From NCBI GenBank assembly GCA_964252035.1, contig OZ176209.1: 64,000 nucleotides of DNA; one strand, given 5' to 3'. Positions 25,101 through 37,700 of this stretch are shown piece by piece; the first letter of the stretch is position 1; each line of letters opens with the position of its first letter. The notes under the pieces were generated by a model. The model saw only the letters and a list, made by a program, of their open reading frames with translations. It was not told the DNA's origin and searched no databases. This stretch comes from Podarcis erhardii (lineage: Eukaryota). The translations under genes were made by a program, and so were the position numbers.

Positions 25101-28100
25101 ATTCACTGCTATTGAGAGAAGTAAAGCACTGCACTAAGGGAGCCAAACTTGTCTTCCACTATTGATACCTAATGAGCTGTTCCTCTAAAACGGGGGTTTT
25201 TCATGCAAGCCAAGTGTGGATTTGTGCACAAAGTACACAACAATGTTTGTGCATGCACATGTACACAAATACACAATCCTTCCAGTGCACAAGCCCTCCC
25301 TTCATACTACTAAAGAGCTGGAACATTGAGACAGGTAAAAGAGAACGCAAACTGTTAAATCCATATCAAAAAAGTTTCCAGGGTTTTATTTTCAACTTTA
25401 AGAATATCCCACAGAAATAAATATGCATCCACTGTATTTTATTAATACCTGATCAATGAGAATCTTGCTTGTGGTATATTTCTAATGTTGCTTCTGTTCT
25501 GAATCTGTTGTCCCACCTTTATTCTACAAAACAGATAATAATTTTATCACGGTGGCAACACTTTCTATTTCTCAAACATGGCAAGGCTGCCGGAGTTCAG
25601 GAATGAACTGGTTTTGTCAGTAGTCAGCTTTGGAAGGGGTTTCTTTAAAATATTATTGGTTCAGCTCACTCTCGAGACAGTGGGAGAATTTCATACTCCT
25701 AGTTTTTCTTTGCAAATTTGCAAACTAATTAAATGAACACTGGAAATGCTTTCTCTTTGTTATGTGCTCCTTGTCACTGAAAGTAATAGCAATAAAAGGC
25801 ACATGGGAGGCCTTGAGAACACTGAACTCCTAAAACACCTTTGGTTCTGGATGGTAAAGTAGTTTGCACCTTGAATAAATAGCATTGCTTTGCCAAGTGC
25901 TACAGAAACCAGCAATAAAGCCAGATACTTTCTTCCTTCGCTTCATCTGAATATTCAGCTAACAATCGGTGTTGATTAAATACTATGCACTTAGCACTAG
26001 ACTTGCTGAGTTTCATGATAAACATTGACAGTGTGTACCTCTGTTGTGCACATAGTAGAATGTGGTACGTTATCTCCTTTGCATCCGCAATCATATTAAA
26101 GATCCTCAGCATGTTGCTTAAAACTGTCTGTATCCAGCTAGACCATAGACAGCATCCTATGATAAATCAGATCATAGAATTGATTGTAGAGTTGGATGTG
26201 ATCCCAAGGGTCATCTTGTCCAACCCCTTGCAATGCAGGAATCTCAACTAAAGCATCCATGACAGAAAGCTATCCAACCTGTGCTTAAAAACCTCCAAGG
26301 AAGGGGAGTCCACACTGTCAAACAACTCTTAACTGTCAAAATATTCTTCCAGATTATCTGGCTCAGTATTGCCTATACCAGAGATGGGGGAAATGTGATC
26401 CTCCAAATGTTGCTGGACTCTCTCCCGTGATCCCCACTCAGCATGGTCTGTGGTCAGGGATGATGGGAGCTGGAGTCCAGTAACATATGGAGGGCCACAG
26501 TTTCCTCCATCATTGTTATGTCTGTTTCACACATAACAGACTTGGGAATTGGTCCAAAACTAACAAAATGAATTTCAATGTAAGGTTCTACACTTAGGCA
26601 GGAAGAACCAGCATGCCCTATATAAAATAGGCAAGTAGTCCAGCTTGCCAGCTTTCATTTCTTTTCCTCTCAGCTTTATAAGCTTACAGCCACCTGCATG
26701 GAACAGGGGCTTCGAAAGATAGAGCCACAACTATAGTTAGTGAATTCAGACAACATGCCAAACCACAGTTTGCTAAGCCCACCTCAAAACGCAGTTTGCA
26801 AACCCAACCCAAGCCATGGATTCTGATTCTGAGTGTGGGCCAGTTGCAAAACCAGAAGAATCTGCCTTATACCAGGTCAAGACTATTTGTCCATCTAGCC
26901 CAGTATTGTATACTGCGGTTGATGGGAGGTCTTGCCCATCACCTGCCATCTGATGTTTTTAAGTGGAGATGCCAGGAATTCTAAATTCAAAGCATGTTCT
27001 CTACCACTGAGCTATGGTGCTTCCCAATTCAACTTGAGCCAGTATGGAAATAAGTTTGCATTAGGCCTGCTTTAGTTGCTAATTTGAAAAATTAAACTTG
27101 CATGATGAACCATCAATGCTATTAGAAGTATATGGAATCCCCTTTTATTTAGTATTGTCAGCTTTTACAGCTTGTTCATGAGAGTGCCTAAGGCAAGATT
27201 TGAAACACACAAACTTCTATGAATAAAAATTAACTTTTTCTACAATCCTTCCCTGTCTCCTCCTTCCTCTCCCTTTTCTGTCAGAAAAAGCCTAGTGATC
27301 CAAACAGAAGCTCTGGGATAACCTTCTAAACACATAACACATAAAGGGGAAAGATCTGCAGGTATTAAGATAGATACATCACAAACTATAGGGAAGGCCC
27401 TTCACACTGTGGCACATAATCCTTTTCCTTGCAGCTGCATCCCTTGCTGCCATCATAAAATTTGAAATACAAACATTACTTTCTCACTTCTTTAATGTGC
27501 TCTTCTGCAGTAAAGTGTGCAAGGAGTTCTATACCAGGGGTCAGCAAACTTTTTCAGCAGGGGGCTGGACCACTGTCCCTCAGACCTTGTGGGGGGCTGG
27601 ACTATATCTTTTGAATTCCTATGCCCCACAAATAACCCAGAGATGCATTTTAAATAAAAGGACACATTCTACTCATGTAAAAACACACTGATTCCCAGAC
27701 CGTCTGCAGGCCGGATTTAGAAGGTGATTGGGCCGGATCCGGCCCCTGGGCCTTAGTTTGCCTACCCATGGTCTATACATTCAAATCAAAATGCACCCCA
27801 CCATGAGGCAATGGTTTTATGTTTATAACATACTTCTCCTGCTTCTACATTTCAAAACATCTTGCCAGAAATAGCAGCTTCACCTAAAAAAAAATGCAAC
27901 CCAAAACCCACCATGAAACATACAAAAAGAAGAGAAATAAAATCAGCAGCATGAGCAAAACACGTATCAGTTGCAAGTAATCTCTACCTCATCTGCAAAC
28001 CCCCTGAAATAAAAGTTTTTACAGAACAGCAAGAGACCAAGAGTCAGGGGGCCAAATGAACATCCTGGGAAAGAGAATTCCAAAGCCTGACTTCAGTGGC

Positions 28101-28749
28101 CCTCCCCCACATACACACCCATCTAACCTGAGAAGACCATATATGAAGCTGCCTCATATTGAGTCAGACCATTCTTAGCTCCATCTAGCTCAGAATTTTC
28201 TGGCAATGCTACTGTATGGTTGTGGATGGGGGTCTTTCCCAATCTTACATATAAATGCCAAGGATTGAACTTGTAACCTTCTGTATGCCAGAGCTATGGC
28301 TGAGCCTATGGCCTCTCTGAAAAGGCAGCAGGACACAGAGCTTGGGACTCAGCTGAAGACCTAAGTGAGAAAGTAGGTTTCATATGTGCAAAGGCAGTTC
28401 TTAATGTATCTTCCACCCCAGGTCATGTAAGGTTTCTAATGCACTTGGAATTGGGTTTATGTAAGGTTTATCAGCACTTGGAATTGGGCCCAGAAGCAAT
28501 TATGGAGCCAGTTAAGTTAGTTTTGGAGTCCACATTCCTCCTATAGACAAGGCTGTTTTGATAACCTGCGCCAGTATCAAAAATACGTCCTGTGAATTAA
28601 TACAGCAAAATGAATTAATAGTGAATTAAAACAACGAAGAAACAGCCATAGATAAAGATTGTATTTATCTAGAATATAGCAACTTCCCCGTGTTTCTAGT
28701 TTGTTACAAGTATGTGTGTGAACAATCATATAAGTACTGTAGTTAATGA

Positions 28750-28792
<43 letters not shown>

Positions 28793-31700
28793 TCAAGGAT
28801 ATAGATATGCATTATGGTGCAGTATATTTACTTTAAACTCTTTTAATATTTAAAAAACTCAGAGCAACAATAAAGCAGCATCATAAAAAACGGATGCAAA
28901 CATATAAACAGCAAAACAGTGCTAATGGCCTCCACTTCTCATAGTCTACTGAGGCTAAAAGGCTTGTGCCTGGGACTAGGCCAGAGGGAGAGAGCTGAAC
29001 CAGCATAGGGTTGTTGCTAGGCAACCGGTGACATTCATTTTCTAGTACTTCTCCCATGCTTTGTAAACAGGCCTTTTGCTAAACTGTTTATGGGGAGACA
29101 AGGAACAGATAGGATAAGATGGGGCAGAATGTAAAGGTTGCCAAGTTCCTGGATATTTTTTTTAAAAACCTGGTGTCTAGAAACTCAACTCATCAATTTA
29201 AAGGTACAGACCTCTGCTTAAAGTAACTAATTGACTCTGCAATCCTATATACATTTAACTGGGAATAAACCAGATTTAACTCAGTGGAACTTACTTCTGA
29301 GTAGATGTACATAGGGCTATGCCGTTAGTATTACAACTGCTGAATGCCCTTCAGAGGGCGAGGGGCGCCAGAAGTTGAAGTTGAGACTTTTGACACACCT
29401 TTCTCCATCTGGGGTAAGTGGTAATGTAAACCAGGGGCATCCATTTTCTTCTGTTGAGCATGGCCTCTCATTCTGCAAAGGTTGGTCTGCAGGGGCCAGA
29501 AAGGTGTATAGCCACACAGGAGCCAGGATGAATAATACAATTGCTGTCTTCTAGCACAGCGGTGGGCAGAATTATCTACTGGTAGATCTCTGGGTAATTT
29601 CAATCCGATCTTACTCCAACAACAAAAATGCTACCCCCTGCTAAATTATACTGGTGAAATGAAGGAACTGTGTTGCAGGAGAGGGGATACTTTTGGGTGG
29701 AACAACTTATGACTCAGTCCAGTTCTATCATCATCACTATCATTTTATGTTATTAGGAAGTATTTGCCAAAATAAAAGCAATTGCTGGAGAAAACATCTC
29801 TAAATGTCCAGAGTCGATGCTGCTCAGTCTTTTCATGGGAGAAAATATGAACTTACAGCTCAAACCTCTAATAAGTTTTCTTTTACTAGCATAGCAGACA
29901 GACTCATAATAACGAGATACTGGAAAAACTGACTAACAAAATAAAATTGGACAAGGTTTGAAGCATAAAGACTCACTTGCAACTGAATGGTACAGCTTTG
30001 TTATGTACATGACTCCCCTCGCATTATAAAACCTTCCAGTTAACATAAATTATTTATCACTTTCTATACAAATGGTAGTCTGGAATAAGAACTTATTATG
30101 TCATTTGGATGTTATTTTGCACGTATTGCCTATACACCATCTTCTGGACTCAGTCCATTTCTGGTACTCAAAACAAATTCCTGGGTTCAACATTTTTATT
30201 ACAGTATTATTTTATTTTAGTGTATATATTTCACACGAGGCTTGGTGGATCTTGGGGTTCAAATAAAAATACAGAATATATAATGCAAGCCTGACATCAG
30301 CCTAGCCCTAGCAAATAGGGGAGTTTATGGTAGTCAAAGAGAGGATGGTGACATAGCAAAGCAGTGCTGCACATAGACCCTCTTCAGATGTTCCTAAAAT
30401 CTATCCATGTGGTGATGTGTGTGCTTCCCCTCCACACACACCTACTTACACTGAGTGGGAAGAAGAATTTCAGGAGAAATGTAAGTGTATTCAACTAAAT
30501 GTGCTTGTTCCTCATTGTGATCAGGAACCCCGTGCCATCAGAATTCCCAATCACAGGGGCACAGTGGGATAAGGCCGCTGCCAGTAGCCCCTTTACCAAG
30601 AATGGAGAACTTGTGGCTCTCCAAATGATGTTAGACTACACCTTCCGCTATCCCTGACCACTGGGGCTAATGCGAGTTGTAGTACAACGAAATCTGGAAG
30701 GCCTCAAGTTCTCCTTCCCTGCACTACACAGATAAGTCTTATTCAGGTCTTCTTGAAGCCTGTGAAATGCACATGGCATCTCACATGTTCTGACAATCTT
30801 GCTCCTGGATGATTCTGTGAGTACCTGAAAATAAAAGTGGTGTTTGTGTACACTAGGGGTTGGGGGACATTTTTCAGCCCAAGTGTTACTTATCCTTCTA
30901 GTCAACCTTCTGCAAGTTACATGCCGGTGACCGGTGGAATCAGAAGCAAAAATGGACAGAACTAGACTAGGCAGCTAGACTGGTGACTGGGAGTGGCTGC
31001 TGAGACCATATAACAGCAGTCCTGAAAGATCTACATTGGCTCCCAGTACATTTCCGAGCACAATTCAAAGTGTTGGTGTTGACCTTTAAAGCCCTAAACA
31101 GCTTCGGCCCAGTATAACTGAAGGAGCGTCTCCACCCCCATCATCCAGCCCGGACACTGAGGTCCAGCTCCAAGGGCCTTCTGGTGGTTCCCTCATTGCG
31201 AGATGTGAGGTTACAGGGAACCAGGCAGAGGGCCTTCTTGGTGGTGGTGGCGCCCACCCTGTGGAACGCCCTGCCACCAGATGTCAAGGAAATAAACAAC
31301 TATCTGACTTTTAGAAGACAGCTGAAGGCAGCCGTGTTTAAGGAAATTTTTAATGTGTGATATTTTATTCTGTTTTTAATCTGTTGACAGCTGCCCAGAG
31401 TGGCTGGGGAAACCCAGCCAGATGGGCGGGGTATAAATAAACAACAACAACAATAACAACAACTTGGCGCAGTAGTGTAGTTTTACACACATCAAACACT
31501 CTTCTCCATCCAGGCAAATGAGTCATTATGAGAGTTTAACATACCAGCCAGGTAAAAACATCCAAGAAAATTAAATGAGTTACAGGTGTGGTCCGGGGGG
31601 GGGGGGAGGAGAGGAGAGGAGAGAATGACTCGAGAAGAGATGGTGGGCTGGTCAGAGTTCCAAGAGCAAGCGCCAGGCCCAAAGTTCCCACCCCGGTATA

Positions 31701-34700
31701 CACTTACTACCTCTTTGTATTGTCCCTTCGTTGGGATTTGGCTCAGTTTTTTGAAATCACAAGATGATGAAGGTGACCTTTCTCAACAAAGCTTTGTTGA
31801 TTTTTATGGAATTCAATTATTTTCTGGATGCCTCTGGCAACCTTACAGAATAGAATTGTGCACACTGATATTTACTTAGCTGCTATGTGTTTAAAAAGTA
31901 CAATGTATTCCTGACATCTATTGACCTTTTTTAAAAAAAGAATGCCTTATGTATTCTAATTAATCAAGGGATTGGAAACTTCTATAATGCTTCTGATGTA
32001 AATGCAGCCATTGATAGTTTTATTTGGCAGCGGCCCTGATTGAATGCATTAGATTGGACACTTGTTGAAGCCAATGATTTGAAAGCAACATAACTTGACT
32101 GGAGTTTATCAGGTTATGATTTAGGAACACATGTGGCTCCTTTGCCAGATCATTGGTCCCTTTTGCTTAGCACTGTCTCCTGACAGCATCTCTTCATGGT
32201 CACAGGCAAAAAACTTACCCATCTCACCTGCTTTCTGATCCTTTAACTGAGGATGCCAGAGATTGACCCTGGAACCATCTGCATGTGAAGAATGTGTTTT
32301 ATCACTGAGCTGTAGTCCTTGTCAGCCATAGTAGAAACTGAAAAATGCTAGCCAGTTACGGAGATGTTTTGAGAGGAAGGAATGGGGGAAACAATCATAT
32401 TGTTAATTGATGATTACAGCCAAGGAAAAATATGGAAGTTCCCTTTAACCCAAAGTATTTGTCCCCATCCCAATGGGTGGAAAGTAGTCAATACCAGAAT
32501 TGTTTAGCACAGAACTGAACATCCTGACATTTTACTTCCAGCAGAACCTTTTGGGCTTCAAAGTACCTATATGGGAAAATGAGCAGTGTTTGTAAAGTAT
32601 TGGATTCCAGAGGTGGGACTGAGCAGGATGCCCTGTGGTCAGTATTGTAGGGCTTCCGTTCCTGCGCCCAGCAGCACAAACAAAACAAATATTTCAAAAG
32701 AAGGCAATATATGTAAACTAATTGTGTTTGTGCATAGTTTTGCTCAGCATGGTACAAAACGATCCTTTTTTAAAAGCCCTGATAGGTCTGATGTGGGGAA
32801 AATATCTAAGAAAATTACTTTAAGAATTCTCTTAATAGCTTTTCTTGCTTTCCTGTGACCGATCTTCTATCAAACACAGTGGCCTGATCTGAAGCTGCAA
32901 AGATGCAGTTTGACCTGTTCACTTTGCAGTTCTGTGGTTAGATTCTTTGTGGGCTTGTTTTCTCTCTACTAAGGCTTGTCTCAGTGGCTTCCATGTCAGA
33001 TACCAAATGCTGATTTCTACTTCTGATTCCCAGACTATAATGTATTCCCATATTCCAAGTATAATGGCTAAAAGATTGAGCTGTGAAAAAGAATGTCCCT
33101 GATTCCACCATGCAAGCCGCTACCTTTTCAGATCTAGCCCCTACCCCACCTCCATGTCAACAATATATAGATAACACTGGCATTTGTTGTAAGGATTACA
33201 GAGAGAATGGCTAGGGTTAAAAGAAAGAAACACTTTAACCAAGCATGGGAAGTCTTATGAGATCTACTTTAAAACCCCCCTGAAATGCTGAGTTGTGTCA
33301 ACTGGAGCCAGGCACAAAATAATCACTGAAGGGCAGAGCTAGAAACAAAATGGCAGAGCCAATTATCTACTTATCCACCCCAGGCACTGGGGTAATTTGC
33401 ATATGCAATTGACAATATACTTCTGAGTACAGGTCAGGGATTCTAATTGCCGCCTTTGTGGGGTGGGAAACTTTTTGCTGTGGTTATTGAACACCTGGGA
33501 GTCATAAGCTCTTGCTGATCTACAGCAAATTATCCAGTATTCCTCTTCCTACACTGTAAAAAACCATGTAGACTTCATTGGTTTTTTAAACAGCTAATTT
33601 TTTGGGAGGCCATATTGCAAATTGTTTTTGAAACACCCCCCCCCCATTTTCAAAAGCAGTTTATTGTGTTGCACATTCTACTGCTGTTTACGAACAAGTG
33701 TAAAATCTACTTGGTATTGACAAAATTAGCTTCTCAGCCCTTAAGATCCTGGACAAAGTACATGAGGCCTCTAACATCGACTTCCCTAACCTGGCACTTT
33801 CCAGCTATTTTGGGCTACAACTCCCGTCAGCTCCAGCCAGCATAAAGTGTAGTATAAATGCTTATGTATGTTCAGAGTTTCTGCCCATCCTAATCCATGC
33901 ACCTCACAGAAACAGTAGTTGCTGAGTAGCTTCCTACCCTCACTGCAGAACCATTGCAAAGGAGGCAACAATCCAGTCAGTCCCTGATTTGTTTTGTCAA
34001 AATTGCAATGGGGAATGATGGTTGACTTTATGGGTTCGGTTGGTGTTCAGACAAATAGCTGTCAGTTTGCTTCATTTTTTAAAAAGTCACAGAAAATGGA
34101 GATTATTTTAGGAACATTCTATACAAGGGAAAAAGCCAAAGGACACGTCAGAGGAGTGATGTTATCTCTGTCCCTGGCATTCCTTCTACCAAGAAGTTGG
34201 CTCGGTCAAGGATTGAAATAAATAAATCTTCTGTCAGCTTTCACAAAACAGCTAAGCGGGCTGCACACTTATGAAAAACAGCTCCTTTTGGTTGATCTGT
34301 GTACTGCTCATCGCCAAATGCTTCCAAAACATAAAACTGTTGAGGAATAAAACACTTGTCTATTTAAGGATGTTTACATCTTACAACCAGATTTTTTTAA
34401 CCGCCATATTAGCACATTTACCCATAAAATAATGCAGCAGGATAATAGAACTTTTAAGTGACGCATCTGTGTGCAATACTGTTGTAATAGTGGTACTGTA
34501 TCTGCTTGACTTTAATAGTAAATGTGACAATTATTTAACTTCCTTTGGTGGTGGATGGCTGGATGGATAGTGAGGTTGTATACTGAATACTTTTTCATAT
34601 AAAACTACCAAATACTGTCTTCTCAGTTTGCCTTTGCAACAACCCTGATAGGATGATCGCTGTTGTAGCTTGCCCAGAGTGCAAAACTTAGTCACTGGTA

Positions 34701-37700
34701 TAAGACACATATAAATCTGTCTTACAACTAATCAGATTGTTTGGTCCGTCTAGGCCTGTGTTGCCTACTCAAACTGGCAGGATCTCTCCCAAGTTATTGG
34801 ACCTTTCAGAAATCTGTTACAGTGATCCTTTTAACTGGACATGTAGATTAAAACTGGAATCTTCAGCAAGCACAGCATATGTTCTACCAGTGAGCTATGC
34901 CCTTCCCATTAAGTGTGTCACACTTTTAAACCATAAATGTCTTTTGGAATCAACTACACTATTCAGTATTCAAAGATTTATGTAAATCATAACTGGGTTA
35001 TTTGGTATATGTTTGTTGTGGTAACAGAGCCTGAGTAAGATATAAGTGTCTACTGTGTTGACATCAAAAATCAATTCATATATTCTGAAATTATTTTTTA
35101 ACACACACAAAAATAGCCACATATTATAATATAAAAAGATCAACGTACAGACTAAGCCATCTTAAACAATCGTGTTACCATATTATAGAAATGTGATCCT
35201 AACTATAAGTATTTAACTCCAGTTATCAACAGTTAAACTTACCTTTATCATATGAACATTAACAGGACTATTTATCCAGTTTGTTTCTAAAACTAACCTC
35301 ATTTCTTGCTAACCATCGTTGTGTTATGAATGTCTTAAACTTGAACTAATTATTGCTTCTTCCTGGAATGGTAAAAATACTCCAGTAACTACATATCCCG
35401 CCAACAGTCCCCTTTTTATGTTCTCTGGAAACAGGCATATAATTGCAGTGGGGTCATTGCAGTGCAGTACAGTTTTGCCAGGGCCCTAACACTTAACAAA
35501 ATCTTGTATCATGTTGTCTTCCTGCTCTGAATTTTATAGTCCTGTTGCTAGAAACATGGAACAGATCAAAACAGAAGCAGTTGTTAAAATTTATATGCTA
35601 GTGCAAATGTGAACTTGGTCATTATGCAGTCTGTTTTGAAATGTCACATTAATATTAAGCCCCTGAAAATTTGGGGACAGGAGTCGAGATTCACTGACTT
35701 TTAAAATCTTGATTCTTGCATCACCCAATGCTCTTTCATTACCCAAAATTCATTTTGCATTTGCTATGTAAGCTAAGATTGATAGACCACATTTCCAGAC
35801 TAGGCCTCCTGGTTCTATAAGTTTGTCGTCGGGAGATGACAAAACTCGATTTTGGCAGAGTCTAGTTACAGTGGTGTTGGTTTTTATCATTGTTATGAGA
35901 GGTGGTGGACTCTCCTTTCTTGGAGTTTTTTTAAAGCAGAGGTTTGATGACTATTTATCATGTATGATCTAGTTGAGATTCCTGCATAGTAGGGGGTTGG
36001 ACTACATGACCCTCGTGGTCCCTTCTAACTCTGCAGTTCTATGGTGCTATGATTTTATTATTATTTACCCTTCATAGCTCTGGTCCAAATACCTAAGAAA
36101 ATGGACAAAAATATGAATAAACTTTAATCGGTCATCTTTTTCATAGTCAGGGTAGTTGATGGATTCACTCAGTGCTCTGTTTAGAGTTGAAAGGGGGATT
36201 CTAATCCATGTTAATAAGTGAGAAGTGAGGGAAGGAGTGATAGCAGTTCCGTATTTATTAACACAAACCAATGAGCATAAACATGTAGAATGATAGAATA
36301 GAATCATAGAATCGTAGAGTTGGAAGAGACCACAAGGGCCATCGAGTCCAACCCCCTGCCAAGCAGGAAACACCATCAGAGCACATGTATATGTATGCAA
36401 CAGACTGAGGTGGGAGAGCAGACTTGTATACCATTTTTGAATGCTCCCCTAGGTTTAAAAAATACAGCAACAACAATTGAACTCTAGTAGGAAGAAATGT
36501 AGCATAGCAAAGAAAGGGGTTCTTCTTCAGTTTTCTCCTTGGAGGTGGTTGCTCTGCCCATCAGTCCCCTCACTGGGCGACATGTGTAAATTAAGCCTAC
36601 ACCTCTTACGTTGCATTACTTGTAGACATTTTCCAGAAATTTTCCAGAAACAAAGCAGAAATTCCCTCTTATTAATTCTTTTTCAAACCCTGCTTTTTAA
36701 TAACAGTTTTCATGGTCAAATCTCAACCAGAATCAAATTTGGCTCATTGATGGAAACAAATACAATACTTTCACAGTCCGGATCAATGCTCATAATGCCC
36801 TTTTCCCCCTGTTAATTTTTGTTCCCCAGTTCCCAGTGTAAATGGTGTAGAGGAACCCAGCATTGCAAAGAGACTGCGTGGCACACCAGAGCGGATAGAA
36901 CTGGAGAATTACCGTCTCTCGGTACAACGGGAAGAGGAGTTGGAAGAAGTCCCTGAAGAGACCTTGGCAGAGCACAACCTGAGCAGCGTGCTAGACAAAG
37001 GAACAGAAGAGGATGTACCCAGCAGGTTATTTTTCTTTTTTAAAAAGCCTTAATTTATTTAAAATATGTCTTGGCAGCCTTTCTAAAGAATGCCTGTTCA
37101 AGGTGGCTTGAAAGAGTAGAAGTTTTAAAAAAAAGGTCAATAATACAAAAAGGCTTAGAGTTTCCCCCTTTAAAACCAATAAGGTTTGTATCAAATGCAG
37201 TTCAACACTGAATAAGGATTCTCACATGCGCAACAGGACCTTCTCCCCTCTCCTCTACCTGCATATGCCGTATGCCCTCTCCAAATCTACTCTGGAGGGT
37301 TGGGGGAACCCCCAGAACAGATTTATGGGGTGCAGAGGAAAGAGGGGAGGAAGTCCCATTGCGCTAGGGTTGCCATATTTCAAAAAGTGAAAATCTGGAC
37401 ACAAAAGTTGTTGAGCTTTTTCTTTTCCTTTTTTGCCAGAGTTGTTCAGTTTGTTTTTTTGCCAGAGTTTCTGAGCAACTTTTAATGAAATTCAGAAAAA
37501 TCTGCACTTCCAACATGGGCTGCCATATGTCCAGATTTTCATGGATGTTTCAGCGATTTCCTGCCCAAATGCTGTTTAAGAGAGCCGAATACCAGCTATG
37601 TTGGGGAAATTCTGGACATATGGCAGCCCTACATTGCGCAAGCAGGAATTCTAGTGCTTATGGGGCACTTAGCACTACATTAGACAGAAGCCAAAACATT

